From NCBI GenBank assembly GCA_038065415.1, contig JBBTRA010000006.1, forward strand, positions 15,262-79,261: DNA of 64,000 nucleotides. The letters are read 5' to 3'. The position numbers and the translations under genes are program-made. This DNA comes from Patescibacteria group bacterium (GTDB lineage Bacteria; Patescibacteriota; Minisyncoccia; Phycocordibacterales; PALSA-1337). Shown one piece after another: positions 36,404-45,369 of the stretch (its first letter is position 1; every line of letters begins with the position of its first letter). Under the pieces are notes generated by a model that was not told the DNA's origin, ran no database searches, and saw nothing but the letters and a program-made list of their open reading frames with translations.

Positions 36404-37783
36404 ATGTCTACGAAACCAAGCATCACATTTTTCACCGGCGTCAGTACTGTCACCGGTGCAAACTTTTTGCTCGATACGGGGAGTTCGAGGATACTCATCG
36501 ATTGCGGTATGGTGCAAGGGGAGCGATTTGCTACGGAAGAGAATGCCAAGCCATTTGGGTACGATGTGTCATCTATCGACGCCCTCATCATCACTCATGC
36601 GCACCTGGACCATGTGGGCAGGATCCCAAAGCTGGTGAAAGAGGGGTATCAAGGTCCGATCTACTCAACTCCAGTTACCCGCGAACTGGCCGAGCTTGTG
36701 TTGAGCGATGCGGTGGGTATCTTGGCTATGGATGCCAAGCAAAATGGTACGCTTCCTATGTATGATACCGAGGATGTACAGGCTACATTTCCGCTCTGGA
36801 AGACGATACCGTATCATGAGCAGACTGATATAACGGATGATGTCTCGGTGTTCTTGAAAGATGCGGGGCATATCCTGGGATCTGCGATGATTGAAGCGAG
36901 CATCAAGAGTCCAGGCAAAAATCCTTTGAAGGTACTTTTCACCGGTGATGTTGGCAATTCGCCAGCTCCACTCTTGTGTGACACGGAAACAGTAGGGGAT
37001 GTGGACTATATGGTGATGGAGAGCGTCTACGGCGACCGCAATCACGAGTCGAGAGCGCAAAGACTCGACCAGTTCACCAAAGTTATCAATGACACTTTGA
37101 ATCGTGGTGGCACACTAGTTATCCCTGCATTTTCGATTGATCGTACGCAACTACTTCTCTATGAGCTCAACAATTTGGTCGAGAAGAAACTGATTCCTTC
37201 AGTTCCTGTGTTCGTAGATTCTCCGATGGCCATCAAGGCGACGCAGGTGTATCAGGCTAATACAGAGCTTTTCAATGATGGGGTCAAGAAACAGATTTCG
37301 GGAGGTGACAATATTTTCGATTTCCCACACTTACAGTTCACTGTATCGCAGAATGAATCTCGTGATATTGAACGACTCAGTGGAGCAAAGATCATTCTTG
37401 CTGGCTCAGGTATGTCGGTGGGTGGCAGGGTGGTGAGCCATGAGGCGGGCTATCTTCCTGATGCTCGGAACACAATACTCCTCGTCGGATATCAGACGGC
37501 AGGATCACTCGGTCGCAAGATTGCTGATGGTTCTAAGGAGGTGACCATCCATGGTCAGAAGGTTCAGGTGAAAGCTCATGTAGAGACTTTGTACGGTTAC
37601 TCTGCACACAAGGATAGTGATCACTTGGTTGATTTTGTTGCTACAGCATCAGATCGGTTGAAGAAGGCCTTTGTGGTGATGGGTGAGCCAAAGGCGGCGA
37701 TGCATCTCGCACAGAGATTGAACGATGAGCTCGACATGGAAGCAGTGGTACCGGAAAGGTTGAAAGAGTACGAGGTCAAATAA
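36404..37783 (+). CDS. Beta-CASP family metallo-beta-lactamase-fold ribonuclease (RNase J / CPSF-like)
   Basis: HAHLDHVG (HxHxDH) motif, beta-CASP region, C-terminal RNA-metabolising domain; 459 aa. Confidence 0.75.
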   Translation: MSTKPSITFFTGVSTVTGANFLLDTGSSRILIDCGMVQGERFATEENAKPFGYDVSSIDALIITHAHLDHVGRIPKLVKEGYQGPIYSTPVTRELAELVLSDAVGILAMDAKQNGTLPMYDTEDVQATFPLWKTIPYHEQTDITDDVSVFLKDAGHILGSAMIEASIKSPGKNPLKVLFTGDVGNSPAPLLCDTETVGDVDYMVMESVYGDRNHESRAQRLDQFTKVINDTLNRGGTLVIPAFSIDRTQLLLYELNNLVEKKLIPSVPVFVDSPMAIKATQVYQANTELFNDGVKKQISGGDNIFDFPHLQFTVSQNESRDIERLSGAKIILAGSGMSVGGRVVSHEAGYLPDARNTILLVGYQTAGSLGRKIADGSKEVTIHGQKVQVKAHVETLYGYSAHKDSDHLVDFVATASDRLKKAFVVMGEPKAAMHLAQRLNDELDMEAVVPERLKEYEVK

Positions 37784-37810
37784 AAAACGCCGAGAGATTC
37801 TCGGCGTTTG
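37782..37810. terminator. Bidirectional intrinsic terminator
   Basis: A-run, cgccgaga / tctcggcg, T-run. Confidence 0.6.
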
Positions 37811-37824
37811 AGCTGGTGTGGTAG

Positions 37825-38265
37825 TTATTTCGGAATGTAAGATTTTTCGAATATGGAAGGAACATCTTCCCAGCGGTCGAATTCTCGGTATGCGAATCGT
37901 GGCAGGTTGCATTCTGTGATCATGGGAGTGGTCTCGTTTCCACGAGGAGCAACAGCCAAAACGAACGCAGGGTTCGGTTTCATGGTCACGGGGTGCCGGC
38001 GCGTGAGGCAAAATGCGACTTCCATACCCATGCCGGTCGAAGGACTCAGTGTCACAGCGATCATGGCGTCGCAATCCATGCATTGCTTATAGTCCCAGGT
38101 AAAGACAGTTCCTTTTTGAGCTTGCCGGTTGGCATCACTTCTGAAGTCGAGGACGTCATGTCCGCGATCCCGGAGTGTTGTCCTGAGTGTGAAGATACGA
38201 TCTTTCATTTTCACCCATTCCGCCTCGGCCAGGCCTTTGATGGCACATCCGACATATATTTTCAT
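37825..38265 (-). CDS. Nucleoside 2-deoxyribosyltransferase-like protein
   Basis: MKIYVGCAI... N-terminus and CDAMIAVTLSPSTGMGMEVAF (SxGxGxE) pattern. Confidence 0.45.
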   Translation of the reverse strand: MKIYVGCAIKGLAEAEWVKMKDRIFTLRTTLRDRGHDVLDFRSDANRQAQKGTVFTWDYKQCMDCDAMIAVTLSPSTGMGMEVAFCLTRRHPVTMKPNPAFVLAVAPRGNETTPMITECNLPRFAYREFDRWEDVPSIFEKSYIPK

Positions 38266-38338
38266 AATGTTCTTTCTGTTGGTTATCCTTGGCCTAGACT
38301 AGCATCGAATAAGGCTCTGTCAATGGTATGCTATATGC

Positions 38339-38896
38339 ATGATCCTCAAGAATGGAAGGCGGGTACAACTGATCGCTGAAGTGAAGGTATGCTCGCCTTT
38401 TGGTTTTACATCTGAAAAAAGCTGGGATGAACTGTTCATGATTGCTGAAAAAGCGGGCGATATGATTTCTATACATACTGATCCGCGTTGGGGAGGGTCT
38501 TTTGAGTTGATTCGAAAAGCGAAGTCATTGACGCAAAAACCGATTCTCGCAAAGGGAATACATGAGACGGATGATCTGGTTGAACAAGCTGTTCAAGCCG
38601 GCGCGGATCTTGTACTAGTTGTTGGTAGGGTGCCGCAAGTTCACATTGAGAAGTGCGTGATCGAACCCTACTCTTTAGAAGAATTGAAGACGATCCCGTA
38701 TGACATAAAAGTGGTCTGGAATAGCCGTGATCTCAAGACGGGCGGACTGAAAAAGGAGACATTCGAGCAAACTCGAACGATATTTCCTGGTTGGCTGTGT
38801 CAGGCAAGCAATATCAAGACGACCGATGACATCAAAGAAGGTGCAGATGCGGTGTTGGTAGGGGAGAGGTTGGAAGGGTTTGTTGAGTCGTTGTAA
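38339..38896 (+). CDS. Indole-3-glycerol-phosphate synthase-like TIM-barrel protein (short, orphan)
   Basis: IAEVKVCSPFG resembles the IGPS hallmark E(I/F)KRxSPSxG; 185 aa. Confidence 0.4.
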   Translation: MILKNGRRVQLIAEVKVCSPFGFTSEKSWDELFMIAEKAGDMISIHTDPRWGGSFELIRKAKSLTQKPILAKGIHETDDLVEQAVQAGADLVLVVGRVPQVHIEKCVIEPYSLEELKTIPYDIKVVWNSRDLKTGGLKKETFEQTRTIFPGWLCQASNIKTTDDIKEGADAVLVGERLEGFVESL

Positions 38897-38898
38897 AT

Positions 38899-38930
38899 AA
38901 AAAATCCCGAGGCATTCTCGGGATTTTTCG
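38899..38930. terminator. Bidirectional intrinsic terminator
   Basis: aaaaatcccgag / gcatt / ctcgggattttt. Confidence 0.65.
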
Positions 38931-38932
38931 TG

Positions 38933-39277
38933 TTACTTAACCTTGGCAACAATGCGTGCGAATGTCTCGGGCTTGAATTCTGCGAGGTGAGCGAGAGCCT
39001 TGCGATCGAGCTCAATACCTTTCTTCTTGGCAGCGCCAATGAACTTGGAGTATGAGAAACCGAGTGGACGGAGGCCGGCATTGATCTTCACATTGAAGAG
39101 GCGGCGCATGTCACCCTTCTTGTCGCGACGATGAGCGAAAGCGTAGGCACCAGCGTGCTGGAGGGCGTCGATTGCCATGCGCTCTTTCTTGGAACGACCA
39201 AAGCGCATACCTTTTGCGGCTTTGAGGACGGTGCGGCGGTATTTGAGGGCGTGAACTGCTTTTTTGACTCGTGTCAT
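38933..39277 (-). CDS. rplT: 50S ribosomal protein L20
   Basis: MTRVKKAVHALKYRRTVLKAAKG... Confidence 0.95.
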   Translation of the reverse strand: MTRVKKAVHALKYRRTVLKAAKGMRFGRSKKERMAIDALQHAGAYAFAHRRDKKGDMRRLFNVKINAGLRPLGFSYSKFIGAAKKKGIELDRKALAHLAEFKPETFARIVAKVK

Positions 39278-39296
39278 GGTAGTTGATTAAAAGTGA

Positions 39297-39488
39297 TTAT
39301 TGATTGACCAGGAAGCGGCTCTTGGCTTTGTTATCCATATGGATAACCGTCATGCGCTTCTTGTTGCCGCTGGTACGGCTGCGTTCCTTGGCATTGAAAT
39401 GGTTCTGACCAGCCTTGCGCGCCAAAATCTTGCCATTTTTGGTGACTTTGAGACGCTTCAGGTATGATTTGTTGGTTTTGATTGTCAT
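39297..39488 (-). CDS. rpmI: 50S ribosomal protein L35
   Basis: MTIKTNKSYLKRLKVTKNGKILARKAG. Confidence 0.9.
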   Translation of the reverse strand: MTIKTNKSYLKRLKVTKNGKILARKAGQNHFNAKERSRTSGNKKRMTVIHMDNKAKSRFLVNQ

Positions 39489-39499
39489 GGTAATTGTTC

Positions 39500-40009
39500 T
39501 TATTTCTTTTCGATGACGATAGTGAGTCCCTTTGGCCCCTTGGTGACATCCTGAGCTATCTTGTATTCGACGGTGATCAGTTTGAGCACACGATCGAGGC
39601 GTTCCTTGAGGAAGTTAAGATCCATGTACTTGGAACGCCCGATGAGGAAGAGGTCTACTTTGACGCGGTTACCTTCGGCGAGCCACTCAGAGACCTTCTT
39701 GGCCTTGAGTTCGAGGTCGTGTTCTCCAGTGCCGATCTTGACCTGGACGATCTTGAGCTCGCTTACCTGGACTTTGGCCTTGGCAACCTTCTCCTTCTTC
39801 TTTTCATCGTACTGATACTTGCCGTAATCCATGATCTTGGCGACCGGTGGTATCGCAGTAGGGGAGATCTCGATGAGGTCGAGTGACCTCTTTTGAGCCT
39901 CTGCCAATGCGATGTTGAGCGCTATAACACCGAGATTCTCTCCTTCGGCGGTTATGACGCGCAACTCGGGCGCTTTGATCTGATGGTTTATTTTGACGCG
40001 GATGACCAA
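39500..40009 (-). CDS. infC: Translation initiation factor IF-3 (non-AUG TTG start)
   Basis: IF-3 N- and C-domains; first codon is TTG, consistent with the atypical starts that autoregulate infC. Confidence 0.9.
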   Translation of the reverse strand: MVIRVKINHQIKAPELRVITAEGENLGVIALNIALAEAQKRSLDLIEISPTAIPPVAKIMDYGKYQYDEKKKEKVAKAKVQVSELKIVQVKIGTGEHDLELKAKKVSEWLAEGNRVKVDLFLIGRSKYMDLNFLKERLDRVLKLITVEYKIAQDVTKGPKGLTIVIEKK

Positions 40010-40052
40010 TTGATTGGGATTACAGGGGTTATTTATAGCATGCGGTTAGAGG

Positions 40053-40170
40053 AAACGCAAGGGTGCGAGATATGTATTTTCTGGGAGGTTATGTAGTGTC
40101 AGTACACGAAACTTTAGGGAACCGTTCTGCATAACCTCCCAGAAAATACATATCTCGCACCCTTGCGTTT
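40053..40170. repeat. Long perfect palindromic element, copy B: 41-bp arms around a 36-nt loop
   Basis: Left arm 40053-40093 (aaacgcaagggtgcgagatatgtattttctgggaggttatg) is the exact reverse complement of right arm 40130-40170. Loop tagtgtcagtacacgaaactttagggaaccgttctg is 26/36 identical to the copy-A loop. Sits in the infC 5' region. Confidence 0.9.
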
Positions 40171-40236
40171 TGTCACTCCATGTCATGGGGATAAATGCCA
40201 TTGTGGATGCATGCATAATAAGGGTAAAATAATGAC

Positions 40237-40551
40237 ATGATTGATCTTCCTACAAAGAAGGATATAGCACATCCTCATCACCGCAGAGCAGTTGGCGCTC
40301 TGGTTGCCGCTGGTATCGTATTCATGATGCTTATAGCGGCATATGCTCTCAACCCTGTCGATACGCAGACTCCATCTGCAGATCGAAGCACTGCAACTCG
40401 TCAGGCACTCGTTCTACAAGCCAACCCTCCTGCACTCTTGACCGCTGGGGAAGTCAGGATGCGTCAGATGACCGCAGAAAGTAACAATCCGATGGCCACA
40501 CTAACCCCTGAGCAAGTGCGTGCGCGCCAAGCTCTGATCGGAGGTTACTGA
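40237..40551 (+). CDS. Small membrane-anchored hypothetical protein
   Basis: 104 aa with one TM helix. Confidence 0.4.
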   Translation: MIDLPTKKDIAHPHHRRAVGALVAAGIVFMMLIAAYALNPVDTQTPSADRSTATRQALVLQANPPALLTAGEVRMRQMTAESNNPMATLTPEQVRARQALIGGY

Positions 40552-40592
40552 TCAGTTTCTGCAGTATTTATCCGTACTTAACTAGTTAATTT

Positions 40593-41396
40593 ATGAAAAA
40601 AACCCTCTCCCTCACCCTCATCATCCTCGGCTTCCTCCTCGGAGCATCAGCTCTCTCAGCTGTAGCTGCATGGACAGCTCCAGGCTGTGCACCAACAGGA
40701 TGTAATACAGATGCCCCTATCAACGCATCTTCCTCTCCTCAAACCAAATATGGTCCTCTTACCCTTAACTTCAGCAATATCTATGCTATAGGACTCAAAG
40801 TACTCGGAAGTGTCCAAATCGTAGATGGTACTCAGGGAGCAGGTAAAGTCCTCACCTCTGATGCGAGTGGTATAGCGTCGTGGGAGTATGTTTCTTCTGC
40901 AAGCTCTGCTGCTGCAAGCGCAGTTTCATTCTCTGCATCAGGTAGCGGGACGGTTCCTGCTAATGCGAGATTTGCACGCATAACAGTAGTCGGTGGTGGA
41001 GGAGGGGGATACTCTAGCTGTAACACAGGTAATGGTTGTGTCCCTACAATCTATACCGGAGGTGATGGTGGTCTGGCTATAAAAACCATCCCTGTAACAC
41101 CGGGTGCAGCTGTTACGGTGACAGTTGGTGCGGGAGGTGCTACAGGAGGTGGTTCGTTGCCACCGGGATACATGACGCCAGGAGGTACGACAAGTGTTGC
41201 CATTACCGGTCAGGCGACAGTTAGTGCAAGCGGCGGTCAAGGTGGTAGTGGTGCGACACCTGGTCCTAATGGAGCTGATGGATCGAGTACTACTGGTGAC
41301 TTCAATGCAGCAGGGCCTCACTATGGATATGGTACGGGAGGTGTAGGAAGTGGATCGCCAGGAAGACCGGGTGTAGCATTTATCGAATATTTTTAA
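40593..41396 (+). CDS. Secreted glycine-rich protein (phage tail-fibre-like Gly-rich domain)
   Basis: Signal peptide MKKTLSLTLIILGFLLGASALSAVAA; long GGxGG/GxG tracts (VVGGGGGGYSS...GGDGG...GGATGGGS). Confidence 0.5.
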   Translation: MKKTLSLTLIILGFLLGASALSAVAAWTAPGCAPTGCNTDAPINASSSPQTKYGPLTLNFSNIYAIGLKVLGSVQIVDGTQGAGKVLTSDASGIASWEYVSSASSAAASAVSFSASGSGTVPANARFARITVVGGGGGGYSSCNTGNGCVPTIYTGGDGGLAIKTIPVTPGAAVTVTVGAGGATGGGSLPPGYMTPGGTTSVAITGQATVSASGGQGGSGATPGPNGADGSSTTGDFNAAGPHYGYGTGGVGSGSPGRPGVAFIEYF

Positions 41397-41400
41397 AAAC

Positions 41401-41446
41401 AAGAAGACACAAAAGCCCCGAGTAGTCGGGGCTTTTGTGTCTTCTT
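41401..41446. terminator. Bidirectional terminator with a 21-bp perfect stem
   Basis: aagaagacacaaaagccccga / gtag / tcggggcttttgtgtcttctt. Confidence 0.6.
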
Positions 41447-41456
41447 GGGGATGTGA

Positions 41457-42605
41457 TTAAAGAAACTTCCTGATAAATCTGATCGCAAAGAAAAGTATCT
41501 TGTCGGTGAAAAATTTCTTGTCCCATTCATCCTTCCTGACCTCTCGTGATCCGTGCATGTCACGGACGAAGTGGGCCGAGAGCTCTTCGACGAACTTCAC
41601 ATTGGTAGTGATGATGTTCGCTTCAAAATTGTAGAGGAGGCTGGCACTATCGAGATTCATGGATCCGACGGTTGCCCATTCACCGTCGATGACGACAGCT
41701 TTGCTGTGAATCACATTGCCTTCATAGAGGAATATACGTGCACCCGAATGAAGAAGTGTCTTGAAATATGAACGAGCTGCAAGATCGAGCGTGGGGTAGT
41801 GGTCGGTACGTTCGGGTAGTATGATCTTCACATCTACTCCTCGATGGGCAGCAAGTTTAATAACACGAGCAAGTCGGCGAGTTGGTACGAAGTAGGGAGT
41901 GGTAATGTACACATACTTACGGGCACTGCGGAGAGCCTCGATGAGTTCGGCATATACATGTCTGCGCTTGGGAGCAGGGTAGTTGGTAACATACCGGAAT
42001 TCATGGTCACGGATGCGGACTCGCGGAGGGAGTGGGGTATGCTCGGTGGCACGGGCCCACATACGATCGAAGGCATTGCTCATTTCACGCACCACGGCCC
42101 CTTCGAAACGGGCATTGGTGTCGCGCCAACCCTTCATGCGATCGCTTACGCAGATGCTGCCAGTGTAGCCAATATGTTCGTCGATCACGAGCGTGCGACG
42201 GTGATTGCGGAGATACCATGAGCGGAAGTTTGGCACCTTGAAATATCCCGGAATAAGAGTTTTCCAGAAAACAAGTTCGATGCCGCGCTTCTTGAGGTCC
42301 TTGGCGATGTCAGATCCGAAGAATGAGAAGCTGCCCGCGGCATCCCAGAGGAACCGGACTGTCACTCCTGTCGCTGCACGCTCAGCACAAATATCGATGA
42401 GCTTCTTACCGTACTCATCATTGGTGAATATGAATTGTTCGAGCGCTATGCTCTTTTTTGCTTGCGCACAATCTGCGAGCATTGCTGACCAAGCCTCTTC
42501 GTTGGTGGCATAGAGGGTCCAGGAGGTGGGGGAGATCATGGGGGTATGATAGCGCAGAATGGAGAGGAGTTCTAATGCGTATGTGCTGGAATAAAAAAGC
42601 CGCAT
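41457..42605 (-). CDS. Phospholipase D / cardiolipin synthase family protein
   Basis: Two PLD domains; second HKD motif IHSKAVVIDGEWATVGSMNLD. Start uncertain: ATG at 42605 or 42539, whereas the track ORF reaches 42686. Confidence 0.7.
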   Translation of the reverse strand: MRLFYSSTYALELLSILRYHTPMISPTSWTLYATNEEAWSAMLADCAQAKKSIALEQFIFTNDEYGKKLIDICAERAATGVTVRFLWDAAGSFSFFGSDIAKDLKKRGIELVFWKTLIPGYFKVPNFRSWYLRNHRRTLVIDEHIGYTGSICVSDRMKGWRDTNARFEGAVVREMSNAFDRMWARATEHTPLPPRVRIRDHEFRYVTNYPAPKRRHVYAELIEALRSARKYVYITTPYFVPTRRLARVIKLAAHRGVDVKIILPERTDHYPTLDLAARSYFKTLLHSGARIFLYEGNVIHSKAVVIDGEWATVGSMNLDSASLLYNFEANIITTNVKFVEELSAHFVRDMHGSREVRKDEWDKKFFTDKILFFAIRFIRKFL

Positions 42606-42633
42606 GGGATCACCTATGCGGCTGAGGAAGATA

Positions 42634-43158
42634 TTAGAGCAAGATAACTTCAATGAGCTCATGTCGCTCCAGCACCTCATGCTCATAGACGCGTAGTACT
42701 TGTTCGCGGTTGATCCGTCCCGTCGCTGAGCTGATGTTGGCCTTGCCGTAGATACCTTCGATGACGGAGATCTTTTGTTCGGTGGTCATAGCCCCGTGCT
42801 CCTCATAGAGCTCATCGAGGAATTTTTGCGCTTCTTCGGGCCATGCACCCGATACTTTCGGCAGTCCAAGAATTTCACAACAGATCCTCTGTGCAAATAA
42901 AGCTTCAGTTGAGGAAGCGTCTTCTGATGATGCTCCGGAAACATCCGGATGTTGAAGGCTGGGGGTTATGGCAAGATGTTCTTCGAGTGCCGCCAAAACT
43001 TCCAAGGTCATACCTCTCTCTGAGGAATGAAGTAAAACATTGGTGACATGATAGGCGTATGTCGGTCCGTAGCTACGGAATACCGTCAAGGCACGATCCC
43101 ATGAATAGCCCAGTTTCATTTCCAGCATTGCCCGGAACTGCTGCTCGTTGATTTTCAT
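42634..43158 (-). CDS. Hypothetical protein
   Basis: 174-aa ORF with no recognised motifs. Confidence 0.4.
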   Translation of the reverse strand: MKINEQQFRAMLEMKLGYSWDRALTVFRSYGPTYAYHVTNVLLHSSERGMTLEVLAALEEHLAITPSLQHPDVSGASSEDASSTEALFAQRICCEILGLPKVSGAWPEEAQKFLDELYEEHGAMTTEQKISVIEGIYGKANISSATGRINREQVLRVYEHEVLERHELIEVILL

Positions 43159-43241
43159 ATGTGCGGTCTTTCTCTAGGGGGTGTTGTTCAGGGTAATACT
43201 ACGCGTCGTCTTCCATAAGTCAATATGCTACGATATCCTTC

Positions 43242-43688
43242 ATGGCCACTCTTATAGACAACGGCAAAATCCATTTCGACTACGAGATCCTGGAGACATT
43301 CGAGGCGGGTATTGAGCTGTTGGGTTTTGAGGTCAAGTCAGTGAGGGCGAAGAAGGGCTCTCTTGAAGGGTCATATATCATTGTGCGAGGAAGTGAAGCT
43401 TTCCTTATGGGTATGCTTATATCGCCCTACCAAGAGAACAACACTCCAGAAGGGTATGATCCTCGCAGGAATCGTCGCCTGCTCCTTACTGCCGAAGAAA
43501 TCAGAAAATTGGCAGATATTGGCGATGGAAAAGGCTTGACAATAGTGCCAATAAAGCTGTATAATAAAAATACGCTTATCAAGGTCTCTGTTGGTGTGGT
43601 GCGCGGCAAGAAGAAATACGACAAGCGCGAGACTACAAAGAAGAGGGAGACTGATAGGAATGTCAGAAGGGAGTTTAGAGATCGTTGA
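43242..43688 (+). CDS. smpB: SsrA-binding protein SmpB
   Basis: IDNGKIHFDYEILETFEAGIELLGFEVKS..., basic C-terminal tail. Confidence 0.9.
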   Translation: MATLIDNGKIHFDYEILETFEAGIELLGFEVKSVRAKKGSLEGSYIIVRGSEAFLMGMLISPYQENNTPEGYDPRRNRRLLLTAEEIRKLADIGDGKGLTIVPIKLYNKNTLIKVSVGVVRGKKKYDKRETTKKRETDRNVRREFRDR

Positions 43689-43706
43689 AAAATAAATAGA
43701 CTTCAT

Positions 43707-44068
43707 GGGGATGCCAGGCATAGACAGTCGACCATGTTCGTTCGTGCGGCGCGAGCACCGTTATCTCGTAAATCTGACGGAAACCCTAAATGCTAAAACA
43801 ACCTCACCGTATTTCACGGCCAAGGACTTTGCATTCGTCCCTGCATAAGGGATGCGCTCGCCCCGGGGGATTCTGACTCGGGGGCCGGGTGTTATAACCT
43901 GAATGTAGGACTGATAGAGCTTCTCGCCCTATTGTCCGAATAAAAGAGATCGTGAGTATGCGTTTTGTTTGCTTTCTTAACATACTCATTAAACTTCAAG
44001 GCATTCTACCGCCGTAGAATCGTTCGACGCATATCGATTGCACGCGAGTTCAATTCTCGCCATCTCCA
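43707..44068 (+). ncRNA. ssrA: tmRNA (SsrA)
   Basis: 5' GGGGATG pairs with 3' CATCTCC (44061-44067), including a G3-U wobble; discriminator A at 44068. 3' tRNA-like domain GCACGCGAGTTCAATTCTCGCCATCTCCACA closely parallels E. coli GGACGCGGGTTCAACTCCCGCCAGCTCCACCA. 5' GTCGAC D-loop analogue. Immediately downstream of smpB. Confidence 0.85.
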
Positions 44069-44195
44069 CAATAATTGACTTACATAGTCAAGAATATTAA
44101 GATACAGTCAGAAGTTATTTGGTGCGGACTTTCAGGTCTTAAGTGACTCCGTTTGAGATCTAGGAGTTCGTATCAAATTCAACCAAAAAGGAAGT

Positions 44196-44486
44196 ATGTT
44201 TGATAAGTTAGGCAACTTAATTGTGTCCATTATTGTAAATGGACTGTTGGTACTAATCCCTGCGGCTTTGCTTGCTTTCGTAAGTGGCATTGCCCTCGCG
44301 ATTCTTAATGTCCCGTTGTCGTTGCTTCCCGATGTTGTACATCACCCCATAATGGGTTTGTTCAGGTTTTTGTTCTCGTTCAAATTCATCTTCAGCGTCG
44401 CATTAATTTGCGGAGTGGCCGATGACTTTGGTCTTCCAAACCTGAAGACGTATTTCAAGAAACGTCTCAAGAAATTCTTTGCATGA
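44196..44486 (+). CDS. Small polytopic membrane protein
   Basis: 96 aa, about 3 TM helices; followed by a terminator. Confidence 0.45.
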   Translation: MFDKLGNLIVSIIVNGLLVLIPAALLAFVSGIALAILNVPLSLLPDVVHHPIMGLFRFLFSFKFIFSVALICGVADDFGLPNLKTYFKKRLKKFFA

Positions 44487-44497
44487 TTGAAACTGAC

Positions 44498-44526
44498 GCC
44501 GACTTCACAAGAGTCGGCTTTTTTAT
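44498..44526 (+). terminator. Rho-independent terminator
   Basis: gccgact / tcacaag / agtcggc followed by TTTTTT. Confidence 0.6.
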
Positions 44527-44563
44527 TTGATTGGATCAAAACTCGCTGTGCTATAATCTGCTC

Positions 44564-45232
44564 ATGACAGAATCAAAACCCACCTCACTTGCAGGGAATA
44601 ACAAGCTCGCATTTGGACTGACTATTGCTGCTATTGTCGTCGCATTTGGTATTGGTGGTGTGTTTGCGTATAACAGGGTATATACGAACCAAGTAGAATC
44701 ACAACCAATTGTCATTGATACAACTGTTAAGGGTGCGGACACTAGTGTCAAAGCTACGACATCATCGCCTGTTGTCGCGCCGAAGCCAGTGGTCGCCACT
44801 CCGACGACCTGCTTAGACGGCGCATGTTTCGCGCGAGCGATACGATCATGTTCGCGGGCTATGTATCAAGCAATATCAAAGGTGAGCACTTTCGGTTCGA
44901 CAGTCGAATCTGAATTACGATTTGACCTGACTCAATCAGGTGGTAGCTGTCAATTGACGATGCAACTCATAGCTTTCCATGTTGGCTCATCTACAGATGC
45001 GGGGAATAGTGCGCACGGGATGGAAATATCGGGACTTAGTCAGGATGAGGCTTATCTCAAATTGAACAAAGATATGCAGGAAAAATATGTTGGCAAGAAG
45101 GGAGTATGTACTATAGCGCAAGACAAAGAAGCTTTTGCTGGCCTTTTTGAGAGGAATACTCAGGCATATGCATTCTTGGATCCAGATCGACGTATTTGTT
45201 CGGGAGATTTGTTCATAGAATTTGGGTATTAG
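44564..45232 (+). CDS. Membrane-anchored hypothetical protein
   Basis: N-terminal TM (LAFGLTIAAIVVAFGIGGVFAY); start uncertain (44531 or 44564). Confidence 0.45.
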   Translation: MTESKPTSLAGNNKLAFGLTIAAIVVAFGIGGVFAYNRVYTNQVESQPIVIDTTVKGADTSVKATTSSPVVAPKPVVATPTTCLDGACFARAIRSCSRAMYQAISKVSTFGSTVESELRFDLTQSGGSCQLTMQLIAFHVGSSTDAGNSAHGMEISGLSQDEAYLKLNKDMQEKYVGKKGVCTIAQDKEAFAGLFERNTQAYAFLDPDRRICSGDLFIEFGY

Positions 45233-45369
45233 GTAGGGCTCGGATATAGCTATTTGACTTTTTCATATAAGTAGTGTACATTCACATATAGACCAGACCG
45301 ATATTTTCAATACTGGTCACTAGCTCACACACAACACAATAAACAATAAATCGTTCACGGAGGAATGCA

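Noticed and set aside
34972-40170. Interpretation of the palindromic elements as integron attC sites or simple terminators
   Set aside because: attC sites are imperfect, have extrahelical bases and R/L core sites (GTTRRRY) at their outer ends, which are not seen here. A 37-41 bp stem with a 36-nt structured loop and no T-run is not a standard terminator.
43804-43989. 61-aa minus-strand ORF
   Set aside because: It lies inside the tmRNA gene.
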